Notes under the pieces: model-generated | Database searches by the model: none | Seen by the model: only the letters and a program-made list of their open reading frames with translations | Told to the model about the DNA's origin: nothing | From: Mustelus asterias | Lineage: Eukaryota | DNA length: 64,000 nt | Assembly (NCBI RefSeq): GCF_964213995.1 | Contig: NC_135805.1 | Coordinates: forward strand, 22,816,001-22,880,000 | Direction: 5' to 3' | Made by a program: the position numbers and the translations under genes | Part shown: one piece after another, positions 1 through 13,036 of the stretch | How the letters are laid out: every line of letters starts with the position of its first letter | Numbering within the stretch: position 1 is the first letter of the stretch

Positions 1-2344
1 ATAGCTTTTCACAGAGCCAAGTCTTTTGTGCTCCCACCATTACAGTTTCTAGCTCTTAAATTAATGTTATCTAATTTAAGTCCATAATATACATGGTGAA
101 AAGCTGAGGTCACATTACAGATTCCTATGCAATGATATTTTACACATGTGGCAGTTCATTGCCTGGTGCTTGCAAAACTGAAGAAAAGGTATTGGGGTTG
201 CTAGTTTCCATGAAAAATCGGCAGATATTTTCTTCCAGGCCTCTTTAATTCCTGTATTTGGGGGAACTTGGCTGATTTGTGTGTTAGACTGGCTCTTCAG
301 AAATAACTTCCCCAATCCAGTTAATGATGAATGAATACCACTTTTCTGAAGTTTGATTATTCTACAAGTGAATCTTTGCTTGAAGTTTATAATCAATTCT
401 TTTGTAACAGCCAAGATATGGCCACGGTTCCTTTGACCGTGACAGTTCCCATCTCCTTCTGTTGGTTACGCAGTCCTTTGTGTGGTGGTAAATTCTCAGG
501 AGTTCAGTTGCTCGCATTGGTTCCTCCAGAAGCTTGCAGGTTTTTGTTGTGATAGAGAAGTTAAACCAGAGAGTACCATGACCTCCTGTTCTAGATTCCC
601 TGCAAGAGGAAACATCCACTCCATGTCTGCTTTGTCAGTCCCTGTTATCAGCTTGTACATCTCAGTTAGAGATCGCATTCTTCTGAAGGAGTATTGGCCT
701 CAACTGCCCAATCTCTCTTTGTAAGACAAACCTCTCATTTCTGGAATCAAATCTTGTGGTGTAGGAAACGCATTGCAAATTTGCCAGGGTACATTTAATG
801 GGACTGATCGGAAGAACATGTGAACAGTGTACCATTCAGCTGATAAAGCATGTTCCGCAATTCAGTTAGAACAGAGTCACACATGCTTCGATGCTTTTCC
901 AACATTGCATTAGTACCTGTGCACCAGTTTTTAGATTTGTGTACATGGATATCGAATTCCCTTTGCTCCCTTCCCCAGTGTTCATGAATAAATTATTCAT
1001 ATTTATCTATCGCAGATCCAAGTGCGTAACCTTACACTTGCTCACATTAAACTGTGTCATAGCTTTTCACAGAGCCAGTCTTTTGTGCTCCCACCATTAC
1101 AGTTTATAGCTCTTAAATTAATGTTATCTAATTTAAGTCCATAATATACATGGTGAAAAGCTGAGGTCACATTACAGATTCCTATGCAATGATATTTTAC
1201 ACATGTGGCAGTTCATTGCCTGGTGCTTGCAAAACTGAAGAAAAGATACTGGGATTGCTAGTTTCCATGAAAAATCGGCAGATATTTTCTTCCAGGCCTC
1301 TTTAATTCCTGTATTCAGATTTGGGGAACTTGGCTGATTTGTGTGTTAGACTGGCTCTTCAGAAATAACTTCCCCAATCCAGTTAATGATGAATGAATAC
1401 CACTTTTCTGAAGTTTGATTATTCTACAAGTGAATCTTTGCTTGAAGTTTATAATCAATTCTTTTGTAACAGCCAAGATATGGCCACGGTTCCTTTGACC
1501 GTGACAGTTCCCATCTCCTTCTGTTGGTTACGCAGTCCTTTGTGTGGTGGTAAATTCTCAGGAGTTCAGTTGCTCGCATTGGTTCCCCCAGAAGTTTGCA
1601 GGTTTTTGTTGTGATAGTTAAACCAGAGAGTATCCCCGAGATGTGAACCATTTCTGAAAATAAATCATTTGACTGGATCTGCAATGTATATAACATGCAC
1701 AGCACAACTGGCAAGTGTTTGTTGTTCTATGACTTGTCTTCAGAACCTGAGACACTTGTGAATCACTCCTGAGAGTTGCGGTGGCTGTGGGGGGCAGGTA
1801 GCGACACGATTGGTTGTGCTTTAGGAAAATTGGGACAGAGAAATGTTTCCTTAACTGAATGCATTCTCTCAGTCCTAAATAGCAAAGTTCATTGCTCGCT
1901 TAAGGTGCCTCTTTCTCAGATGTTTAAAATACACCTGATTTATGGCCATCTGAGCACACTGCTGGTAAATGGAATTAAAATGAATTGTGTACCATCGTTG
2001 AAACTAACTGAGGTTTTTATCGTGGAGGCCCAGTGCTTGCAGCATCTTCAACTTGACAGTCTTAAACAGTTTCTGAAAAAACTGGAAAGGGTGGAAATGG
2101 TAAATATCTGTGTGTGACTTCTACAAAGTTAAAGCTGCTTGCTTTGTGAGTTGATGTCTGATTCTAGAGATTAAATTGGAATTAAAGGCTGTGTCTTTTT
2201 GTGGCTTGAATGTTTGAAATTGTATCTGAGACACAAGACAGCTTCATAAATTAGTAAGTACTGTATCACACTATGTATTTTATGGAGTATATGTTTTTAC
2301 GGCCTCGACTCCCTTTTTGTGCCATTTCTCTATTCCTTGATCTC

Positions 2345-2640
2345 AGATGTTAGAATTTGAATTCAATTTTTTAAAACCTGGAATTCAAAATCTACTGATG
2401 ACCATGAAACCGTTGTCGATTGTCAGAAAAACCCGATCTGATTTGCTAATGCCCTTTCGGAAGGAAATCTGCCATCCTTACCCGGTGTGGCCTACATGTG
2501 ACTCCAGAGCCACAGCAACGTGGTTGACTCTCAACTGCCCTCTGAAATGGCCTAGCAAGCCACTCAGTTCAAGGGCAACGAGGGATGGGCAATAAATGCT
2601 GGCCAGCCAGTGACACCCATGTCCCACGAATGAATTTTTA
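2345..2640 (+). mobile_element. SINE family 2 fragment (GGAAGGAAATCTGCC...GGGATGGGCAATAAATGCTGG); also at +6230 and +13521
   Basis: Same body and tail as the dispersed copies at ~41010-44120, 46670-46900 and 49455-49687. Confidence 0.75.
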
Positions 2641-3065
2641 ATAAAAATGAAATATTTGGTTCTTGGGTTTCTTCTGGTTACCATTTTGGTACTTTGAGTT
2701 TAAGATTACTCACTGGGCATTACCTGTGCCATGTGACATTTTCTTAAACCTCCTTTTGACAATGGTATCACATGTCCAAGGAGATCATTGTTGATTTACA
2801 TTAAACTGTGACGATTTTTCAGAATGCACACCCCACCAGCGCACTTTGTGTTATCAGTATTGATTAGATTTGTTTTGAATGATAGCAGAATCTAGTCTGG
2901 CATTAAAATGATGGAACAAGCAAATGCGTGAAGTTTCTGTGCAATGGGGTGTCAGGGGTGGTGGGAGGGAAGGTTAGTGGAAGTTCTCAATCTTGTCACA
3001 TAAACGAATAGCTGTATCTCTTGAGCACAGTTTACTCTTTACACCAAAGCAGGGTTTCCAGAAGT

Positions 3066-3141
3066 CTTGCTGTGATGATTTGTTAAGGTTTCGCTGTTTT
3101 GCTGACAAACCTGACGACACATCCTTGGCTGTCTGAGCAAG
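3066..3141 (+). ncRNA. SNORD53: Box C/D snoRNA, SNORD53-type (copy 1)
   Basis: Box C GTGATGA at 3072-3078, box D CTGA at 3133-3136, terminal stem CTTGC/GCAAG. Guides GGTTTCGCTG and CCTTGGCTGT are complementary to 28S CAGCGAAACC and ACAGCCAAGG. The D+5 rule points to the C of ACAGC, the SNORD53 target (human Cm3848). WDR43 is the known host gene. Confidence 0.92.
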
Positions 3142-4039
3142 CTGGCTAATCCCTCGATTTGCTTTGGTGATGAGTAGCCATTCAGGGTTAATTTAAAACA
3201 AAATGATAACCTTGCAGATGAAATGATGATTGTGTTTGTGTGACTGCCTGCCTTCCAAAATTGGCCCCTTCATTACTGTTACCCCTTCACCCTAATGTGC
3301 AGAAAATAAATAATACTATTTTATGCTATGTTGGTGGTGTAATTTTAATTAGATTCAACCTCAGTCATGGGAAGTCTCCCTCAATACTCTTGACAATAAA
3401 ATAAAAGCAAAATATTGAGGTAAATAGAAAATTCTGGAAAAATTCAGCAGGTCTAGTAGCATCTGTGAAGAGAGAGAAACAGCATTAATGCTTCAAGTCC
3501 AACATCACTCTTCTTCCAAACTCTTAGACCATGTGGGCACAGCTATGATAGATAGCTCAGTGACGCATACAAGCTCTTGGGTGAAGAATGTTCCCTTGTG
3601 TGAGATAGCAGAGGGCTGCTTCCATCTATCGCATTGTGCCCCCAGTGGATCTTAAATTTGATGCAGGGCACAGAGAGGAAGAAATCAGCATAATTCGAAT
3701 GGGTTCTAGAGAAACAATTGGCTGCTTTATATTGGAATTCTGTAAAGTATATTAAGTGACACATTGGTTTTCCTGACCTTAGCTCCAGTTTGAAGAATTG
3801 CTGGTTTCATGACGGTGTTTGAGACTTTAAGCAGTTATATTGCAAGAGGTGCTTGGTCCAAGCAGGAGAAGACAAACTGCAAGCTAAACATGTCCAGGTG
3901 TAAAGTGATTAAAAATCAATGCTTAGATGCCCAGGGAGAAAGGAAGAGAGTTGAGCACTAAATCTAGCACGTAAAATCAATCTATTTGTAAGCGTCTTTG
4001 AAATGAAACCCTGTGTGAAAAAGTTCTGTTTAATAATAC

Positions 4040-4490
4040 TTGGAGTATTATGAACAACTGTGGGCACCAACCACACCTAATGTAGTGCATATTGATCTTG
4101 GAGGGAGCGCAGTGTAGATTTGCCAAAATGATGCCTGGACTCTGAGGATTAAGCTGAGGAGTGATTGTACAAACTCGGGTTGTATTCTAATGAATTTAGA
4201 AGTTTATGGGATGATTCAGTTGACATTTTCAAGATGTGGGGGGAGTAGATAATACTAAACTATTTCTGTTGACTGGAGAGTATAGGAATGTGTGGCGTTA
4301 TAGTATTAAAAATTAGAGCCACACATTTCAGTAGTGAAATCAGGAAACAGTTCAGTCAAAGAGTGATGGGAGTTTGGAAGGTCCCTCCACAAATGGCTAG
4401 ATCAGTTACTGAGGTTGATAGATTTTTAAAAAAATTGAGTTCTGCATCATTGAATGGTGAAAATGCTTGAGGGGGGCTAAATGACCTACA
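4040..4490 (+). mobile_element. Degenerate CR1 LINE 3' fragment (present in each tandem unit)
   Basis: Decayed LEY...QR RF..M...FSQRV motifs and a CR1-like 3' end. Confidence 0.65.
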
Positions 4491-4621
4491 TCCTCTCTCC
4501 CCAAGCCCCAGTTGAAAATTAATCAGAAGAATTTGTTAATTTCTATAGTGTTGCAGCTTTATCTACATGTGCAACGTTAAACCTAAAACACATGTTTCTT
4601 CCCCCCTCCCCTCCCAAACAG

Positions 4622-4742
4622 CAAATGGAAAGCTGAGAAAGGCAGCGTCAGTTGTCTTTGTCTCAGCCCCGATGGAAAGATGTTGCTATCAGCGGGCCGT
4701 GGCATCAAACTATGGGACCTGGAGACCAAAGAAGTGTACAGG
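4622..4742 (+). CDS. WDR43: WDR43 WD40 exon (equivalent to human exon 4), copy 1: [40 protein letters not shown]
   Basis: Pyrimidine tract + CAG acceptor, AGG|GTGAGT donor, 121 nt, phase 2 to 0. The peptide closely matches recalled vertebrate WDR43 ([40 protein letters not shown]). Confidence 0.93.
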
Positions 4743-5295
4743 GTGAGTACTTAAAACTCTGCTTCTGTGCAGTTTGCATTGAGTTGTAATTTATTTGTGC
4801 CACAAGTGGTTTCTAATTTGGAAACACGTTTTGTATAGTGGGAGGATGACCAGGCTCCTGCTTTCTTTCCACAAGTCCCTATATTTTCCTCTGCTTCAAA
4901 TATTAATTCAATGTTCCCTAAAAAGATCCTTCCCTCAACCAGTACCTGGGTCAAAGCATTCAGTCTTCCAACAGCCCTACTGAAAAGAAACATTTTTGCT
5001 CTTTTTGGCTTTGAATTGATGACCCCTGATCCTCGTCAACAAGAGAAAGCAATCTTATTCCATTGTTCTTATCAAAACTCTTCCTAGTTCCAAGCACCTT
5101 TTAATTCTCCTTTGCTTCCTGCTCCAGTGCAGTAAGTTCCATTAATACATCTCTCCATTGCTGTAGCTTCCAACTCTGGCAGAATCCTGACTGTCTAGTG
5201 GCTTTGCAATTTCCATAATGTGCTCAAAACTGCACGCAATAGAACCATTGCTGGCTTTGAATTTATCATTGCTTCTTTACTCCTAAAATTCACAT

Positions 5296-5945
5296 ATCAA
5301 TGCTCGATCACAAGCTGCCGTTGGGTTTACTACGAGAGGGTAAGCCCGTGCCACCAGTTGTCTCTGCGAGGGTACAGAGATGGGCCTTCTTGCTAGCTGC
5401 GTACAACTACTCCTTGCAGCATTGGCCAGGGAGGCAAATATCGAATGGGGGTGAACTCAGCTGCCTTCCTCTTCCGCAGACCATCCTGTCAACACTTGTA
5501 CAACAAGAAATAATGATGTTGCGCCTGCTCAAGACATTGCCGGCCTCAGGTACCCATCTGAAAACTTGAACTGAGAGAGACCCACTACTATCAAAAGTAC
5601 AAGTTTGGCATTATGATAAGTCAGAGCAACTCAGACCCTACCTATTGCATAGGACAGAGATATAGTCAGGGTGACGTGTTGTTGTGGGGGGCTCGTGTAA
5701 TAGTGCCACCCTGGGGTAATGGCTTTTGCTACAGGAGATGCACACCCTGGACAAAGTAGGATGAAAACATTGGCCCAAAGCTGTGTCAAGTGGCCAGGCA
5801 TTGCCAAAGGTCAAAAGAATGGTCAGCCAATGCTCAAGTCATTGCTCGAGCCCAGGAGTTATTGCCATCACCAGCATATATGGAAGTGGCCAGGTCGGTC
5901 ATGGTCCTGATTTGCACATAGACTTCGCAGGACCATATGTTCCTC
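5296..5945 (+). mobile_element. Degenerate Ty3/Gypsy pol fragment (RNase H end to integrase zinc-finger start); copies at 11526-12175 and 18817-19350
   Basis: DHK.L.LL...SARVQRWA.LL..YNY and HPGQSRMK.LA...V.WPGI motifs, broken by stops and frameshifts. Confidence 0.85.
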
Positions 5946-6542
5946 ACTCCTCATCCTAAATGCTGGTATCAGCGATGGGATCATGTCACTACCACATTGT
6001 GATTTTAAAAAACTGGGTCGTTAATGTCCTTTAGGAAAGGAAATCTGCCGGCCTTAGTTAGATGATTCCAGACTCTTGGTTTCTCCACATGCTGAGGTTT
6101 CCACTAAAACATCGAGCCCTAAAATACAAAAGAAAATGTTAAATCCTTTATCTGTCCTTTTTGGTAAGAAAACCTTGAGTTTGTTACCAACAGTATAAGT
6201 CCTAACACCAGGCCACACATCTGGACTAGTGGAACTGCCAAATCATGGAGTTGTTTTAGTTGAAAGTGCATGGAACAGATTAATTGGTGTGGTGAATCAG
6301 TGTTAAGTTGGTGAATTTAATTCAAAGATGTCTGCTGAAGGATAGTTTAAAAAAAGCATTTGAGCGCATGAACTGTTGAGCAAATTCCCTTTGACCTGGG
6401 TGTTTACATAATAGCAGTGAGCAAAGTGTTTTACAGTGGTAGAGTTTGGATATCAACCCTAACACATCCTCAGCGGAATGTGCACTTTGAAGTTGTCTTG
6501 AAATAGTTGCAGAAAATTAACCCTTGCATTATTGTACACAAC

Positions 6543-6985
6543 TAGGAGCAGGAGTAGGGCTTCGAGCCTGCTCCACCATTTCATGCGATCATGGCTGATT
6601 TAATCTCAGCCTCAACTCTACTTTCCTGTCCATTCATCATGGCCCTCCAAACCCTTACTAAAAATCTGTCGACCTCTTCCTTAAATTTACTCAATGTCCC
6701 GACATCCGCCACTCTCTCGGGTGGTGAATGCCACAGAGTCACGATCCTTTGAGAGAAGTAATTTTTCCTCATCTCTGTTTTAAATCTCCCTCCCCATATT
6801 GTAAAACCATGACCTCCTGCTCTAGATTCCCTGCAAGAGGAAACATCCACTCCATGTCTGCTTTGTCAGTCCCTGTTATCAGCTTGTACATCTCAGTTAG
6901 AGATCTCATTCTTCTGAAGGAGTATTGGCCTAAACTGCCCAACCTCTCTTTGTAAGACAAACCTCTCATTTCTGGAATCAAATCT
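6543..6985 (-). mobile_element. CR1 LINE 3' fragment (also 12773-13215)
   Basis: Minus-strand translation gives GLSYKERL..LG.YS and GGRFKTEMRKNYFSQRIV..W. Confidence 0.85.
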
Positions 6986-9295
6986 TGTGGTGTAGGAAAC
7001 GCATTGCAAATTTGCCAGGGTACATTTAATGGGACTGATCGGAAGAACATGTGAACAGTGTACCATTCAGCGATAAAGCATGTTCCGCAATTCAGTTAGA
7101 ACAGAGTCACACATGCTTCGATGCTTTTCCAACATTGCATTAGTACCCGTGCACCAGTTTTTAGATTTGTGTACATGGATATCGAATTCCCTTTGCTCCC
7201 TACCCCAGTGTTCATGAATAAATTATTCATATTTATCTATCGCAGATCCAAGTGTGTAACCTTACACTTGCTCACATTAAACTGTGTCATAGCTTTTCAC
7301 AGAGCCAGTCTTTTGTGCTCCCACCATTACAGTTTATAGCTCTTAAATTAATGTTATCTAATTTAAGTCCATAATATACATGGTGAAAAGCTGAGGTCAC
7401 ATTACAGATTCCTATGCAATGATATTTTACACATGTGGCAGTTCATTGCCTGGTGCTTGCAAAACTGAAGAAAAGGTATTGGGGTTGCTAGTTTCCATGA
7501 AAAATCGGCAGATATTTTCTTCCAGGCCTCTTTAATTCCTGTATTCAGATTTGGGGAACTTGGCTGATTTGTGTGTTAGACTGGCTCTTCAGAAATAACT
7601 TCCCCAATCCAGTTAATGATGAATGAATACCACTTTTCTGAAGTTTGATTATTCTACAAGTGAATCTTTGCTTGAAGTTTATAATCAATTCTTTTGTAAC
7701 AGCCAAGATATGGCCACGGTTCCTTTGACCGTGACAGTTCCCATCTCCTTCTGTTGGTTACGCAGTCCTTTGTGTGGTGGTAAATTCTCAGGAGTTCAGT
7801 TGCTCGCATTGGTTCCCCCAGAAGTTTGCAGGTTTTTGTTGTGATAGTTAAACCAGAGAGTATCCCCGAGATGTGAACCATTTCTGAAAATAAATCATTT
7901 GACTGGATCTGCAATGTATATAACATGCACAGCACAACTGGCAAGTGTTTGTTGTTCTATGACTTGTCTTCAGAACCTGAGACACTTGTGAATCACTCCT
8001 GAGAGTTGCGGTGGCTGTGGGGGGCAGGTAGCGACACGATTGGTTGTGCTTTAGGAAAATTGGGACAGAGAAATGTTTCCTTAACTGAATGCATTCTCTC
8101 AGTCCTAAATAGCAAAGTTCATTGCTCGCTTAAGGTGCCTCTTTCTCAGATGTTTAAAATACACCTGATTTATGGCCATCTGAGCACACTGCTGGTAAAT
8201 GGAATTAAAATGAATTGTGTACCATCGTTGAAACTAACTGAGGTTTTTATCGTGGAGGCCCAGTGCTTGCAGCATCTTCAACTTGACAGTCTTAAACAGT
8301 TTCTGAAAAAACTGGAAAGGGTGGAAATGGTAAATATCTGTGTGTGACTTCTACAAAGTTAAAGCTGCTTGCTTTGTGAGTTGATGTCTGATTCTAGAGA
8401 TTAAATTGGAATTAAAGGCTGTGTCTTTTTGTGGCTTGAATGTTTGAAATTGTATCTGAGACACAAGACAGCTTCATAAATTAGTAAGTACTGTATCACA
8501 CTATGTATTTTATGGAGTATATGTTTTTACGGCCTCGACTCCCTTTTTGTGCCATTTCTCTATTCCTTGATCTCAGATGTTAGAATTTGAATTCAATTTT
8601 TTAAAACCTGGAATTCAAAATCTACTGATGACCATGAAACCGTTGTCGATTGTCAGAAAAACCCGATCTGATTTGCTAATGCCCTTTCGGAAGGAAATCT
8701 GCCATCCTTACCCGGTGTGGCCTACATGTGACTCCAGAGCCACAGCAACGTGGTTGACTCTCAACTGCCCTCTGAAATGGCCTAGCAAGCCACTCAGTTC
8801 AAGGGCAACGAGGGATGGGCAATAAATGCTGGCCAGCCAGTGACACCCATGTCCCACGAATGAATTTTTAATAAAAATGAAATATTTGGTTCTTGGGTTT
8901 CTTCTGGTTACCATTTTGGTACTTTGAGTTTAAGATTACTCACTGGGCATTACCTGTGCCATGTGACATTTTCTTAAACCTCCTTTTGACAATGGTATCA
9001 CATGTCCAAGGAGATCATTGTTGATTTACATTAAACTGTGACGATTTTTCAGAATGCACACCCCACCAGCGCACTTTGTGTTATCAGTATTGATTAGATT
9101 TGTTTTGAATGATAGCAGAATCTAGTCTGGCATTAAAATGATGGAACAAGCAAATGCGTGAAGTTTCTGTGCAATGGGGTGTCAGGGGTGGTGGGAGGGA
9201 AGGTTAGTGGAAGTTCTCAATCTTGTCACATAAACGAATAGCTGTATCTCTTGAGCACAGTTTACTCTTTACACCAAAGCAGGGTTTCCAGAAGT

Positions 9296-9371
9296 CTTGC
9301 TGTGATGATTTGTTAAGGTTTCGCTGTTTTGCTGACAAACCTGACGACACATCCTTGGCTGTCTGAGCAAG
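9296..9371 (+). ncRNA. SNORD53: SNORD53-type box C/D snoRNA, copy 2
   Basis: Identical to 3066-3141. Confidence 0.92.
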
Positions 9372-10851
9372 CTGGCTAATCCCTCGATTTGCTTTGGTGA
9401 TGAGTAGCCATTCAGGGTTAATTTAAAACAAAATGATAACCTTGCAGATGAAATGATGATTGTGTTTGTGTGACTGCCTGCCTTCCAAAATTGGCCCCTT
9501 CATTACTGTTACCCCTTCACCCTAATGTGCAGAAAATAAATAATACTATTTTATGCTATGTTGGTGGTGTAATTTTAATTAGATTCAACCTCAGTCATGG
9601 GAAGTCTCCCTCAATACTCTTGACAATAAAATAAAAGCAAAATATTGAGGTAAATAGAAAATTCTGGAAAAATTCAGCAGGTCTAGTAGCATCTGTGAAG
9701 AGAGAGAAACAGCATTAATGCTTCAAGTCCAACATCACTCTTCTTCCAAACTCTTAGACCATGTGGGCACAGCTATGATAGATAGCTCAGTGACGCATAC
9801 AAGCTCTTGGGTGAAGAATGTTCCCTTGTGTGAGATAGCAGAGGGCTGCTTCCATCTATCGCATTGTGCCCCCAGTGGATCTTAAATTTGATGCAGGGCA
9901 CAGAGAGGAAGAAATCAGCATAATTCGAATGGGTTCTAGAGAAACAATTGGCTGCTTTATATTGGAATTCTGTAAAGTATATTAAGTGACACATTGGTTT
10001 TCCTGACCTTAGCTCCAGTTTGAAGAATTGCTGGTTTCATGACGGTGTTTGAGACTTTAAGCAGTTATATTGCAAGAGGTGCTTGGTCCAAGCAGGAGAA
10101 GACAAACTGCAAGCTAAACATGTCCAGGTGTAAAGTGATTAAAAATCAATGCTTAGATGCCCAGGGAGAAAGGAAGAGAGTTGAGCACTAAATCTAGCAC
10201 GTAAAATCAATCTATTTGTAAGCGTCTTTGAAATGAAACCCTGTGTGAAAAAGTTCTGTTTAATAATACTTGGAGTATTATGAACAACTGTGGGCACCAA
10301 CCACACCTAATGTAGTGCATATTGATCTTGGAGGGAGCGCAGTGTAGATTTGCCAAAATGATGCCTGGACTCTGAGGATTAAGCTGAGGAGTGATTGTAC
10401 AAACTCGGGTTGTATTCTAATGAATTTAGAAGTTTATGGGATGATTCAGTTGACATTTTCAAGATGTGGGGGGAGTAGATAATACTAAACTATTTCTGTT
10501 GACTGGAGAGTATAGGAATGTGTGGCGTTATAGTATTAAAAATTAGAGCCACACATTTCAGTAGTGAAATCAGGAAACAGTTCAGTCAAAGAGTGATGGG
10601 AGTTTGGAAGGTCCCTCCACAAATGGCTAGATCAGTTACTGAGGTTGATAGATTTAAAAAAAAATTGAGTTCTGCATCATTGAATGGTGAAAATGCTTGA
10701 GGGGGGCTAAATGACCTACATCCTCTCTCCCCAAGCCCCAGTTGAAAATTAATCAGAAGAATTTGTTAATTTCTATAGTGTTGCAGCTTTATCTACATGT
10801 GCAACGTTAAACCTAAAACACATGTTTCTTCCCCCCTCCCCTCCCAAACAG

Positions 10852-10972
10852 CAAATGGAAAGCTGAGAAAGGCAGCGTCAGTTGTCTTTGTCTCAGCCCC
10901 GATGGAAAGATGTTGCTATCAGCGGGCCGTGGCATCAAACTATGGGACCTGGAGACCAAAGAAGTGTACAGG
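10852..10972 (+). CDS. WDR43: WDR43 exon-4 equivalent, copy 2
   Basis: Identical to 4622-4742, with intact splice sites. Confidence 0.9.
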
Positions 10973-13036
10973 GTGAGTACTTAAAACTCTGCTTCTGTGC
11001 AGTTTGCATTGAGTTGTAATTTATTTGTGCCACAAGTGGTTTCTAATTTGGAAACACGTTTTGTATAGTGGGAGGATGACCAGGCTCCTGCTTTCTTTCC
11101 ACAAGTCCCTATATTTTCCTCTGCTTCAAATATTAATTCAATGTTCCCTAAAAAGATCCTTCCCTCAACCAGTACCTGGGTCAAAGCATTCAGTCTTCCA
11201 ACAGCCCTACTGAAAAGAAACATTTTTGCTCTTTTTGGCTTTGAATTGATGACCCCTGATCCTCGTCAACAAGAGAAAGCAATCTTATTCCATTGTTCTT
11301 ATCAAAACTCTTCCTAGTTCCAAGCACCTTTTAATTCTCCTTTGCTTCCTGCTCCAGTGCAGTAAGTTCCATTAATACATCTCTCCATTGCTGTAGCTTC
11401 CAACTCTGGCAGAATCCTGACTGTCTAGTGGCTTTGCAATTTCCATAATGTGCTCAAAACTGCACGCAATAGAACCATTGCTGGCTTTGAATTTATCATT
11501 GCTTCTTTACTCCTAAAATTCACATATCAATGCTCGATCACAAGCTGCCGTTGGGTTTACTACGAGAGGGTAAGCCCGTGCCACCAGTTGTCTCTGCGAG
11601 GGTACAGAGATGGGCCTTCTTGCTAGCTGCGTACAACTACTCCTTGCAGCATTGGCCAGGGAGGCAAATATCGAATGGGGGTGAACTCAGCTGCCTTCCT
11701 CTTCCGCAGACCGTCCTGTCAACACTTGTACAACAAGAAATAATGATGTTGCGCCTGCTCAAGACATTGCCGGCCTCAGGTACCCATCTGAAAACTTGAA
11801 CTGAGAGAGACCCACTACTATCAAAAGTACAAGTTTGGCATTATGATAAGTCAGAGCAACTCAGACCCTACCTATTGCATAGGACAGAGATATAGTCAGG
11901 GTGACGTGTTGTTGTGGGGGGCTCGTGTAATAGTGCCACCCTGGGGTAATGGCTTTTGCTACAGGAGATGCACACCCTGGACAAAGTAGGATGAAAACAT
12001 TGGCCCAAAGCTGTGTCAAGTGGCCAGGCATTGCCAAAGGTCAAAAGAATGGTCAGCCAATGCTCAAGTCATTGCTCGAGCCCAGGAGTTATTGCCATCA
12101 CCAGCATATATGGAAGTGGCCAGGTCGGTCATGGTCCTGATTTGCACATAGACTTCGCAGGACCATATGTTCCTCACTCCTCATCCTAAATGCTGGTATC
12201 AGCGATGGGATCATGTCACTACCACATTGTGATTTTAAAAAACTGGGTCGTTAATGTCCTTTAGGAAAGGAAATCTGCCGGCCTTAGTTAGATGATTCCA
12301 GACTCTTGGTTTCTCCACATGCTGAGGTTTCCACTAAAACATCGAGCCCTAAAATACAAAAGAAAATGTTAAATCCTTTATCTGTCCTTTTTGGTAAGAA
12401 AACCTTGAGTTTGTTACCAACAGTATAAGTCCTAACACCAGGCCACACATCTGGACTAGTGGAACTGCCAAATCATGGAGTTGTTTTAGTTGAAAGTGCA
12501 TGGAACAGATTAATTGGTGTGGTGAATCAGTGTTAAGTTGGTGAATTTAATTCAAAGATGTCTGCTGAAGGATAGTTTAAAAAAAGCATTTGAGCGCATG
12601 AACTGTTGAGCAAATTCCCTTTGACCTGGGTGTTTACATAATAGCAGTGAGCAAAGTGTTTTACAGTGGTAGAGTTTGGATATCAACCCTAACACATCCT
12701 CAGCGGAATGTGCACTTTGAAGTTGTCTTGAAATAGTTGCAGAAAATTAACCCTTGCATTATTGTACACAACTAGGAGCAGGAGTAGGGCTTCGAGCCTG
12801 CTCCACCATTTCATGCGATCATGGCTGATTTAATCTCAGCCTCAACTCTACTTTCCTGTCCATTCATCATGGCCCTCCAAACCCTTACTAAAAATCTGTC
12901 GACCTCTTCCTTAAATTTACTCAATGTCCCGACATCCGCCACTCTCTCGGGTGGTGAATTCCACAGAGTCACGATCCTTTGAGAGAAGTAATTTTTCCTC
13001 ATCTCTGTTTTAAATCTCCCTCCCCATATTGTAAAA

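Noticed and set aside
1386-1446. Second C/D snoRNA candidate (ATGATGA...CTGA...TGATTA) in the 1.06-kb module
   Set aside because: No canonical terminal box D (CTTGA only), no closing stem, and no rRNA complementarity that I could recognise.
3066-3141. Assignment as SNORD92
   Set aside because: The guide-to-box-D spacing (CCTTGGCTGT-CTGA) targets the C, as in SNORD53. As recalled, SNORD92 has two extra nucleotides that shift the target to the A.
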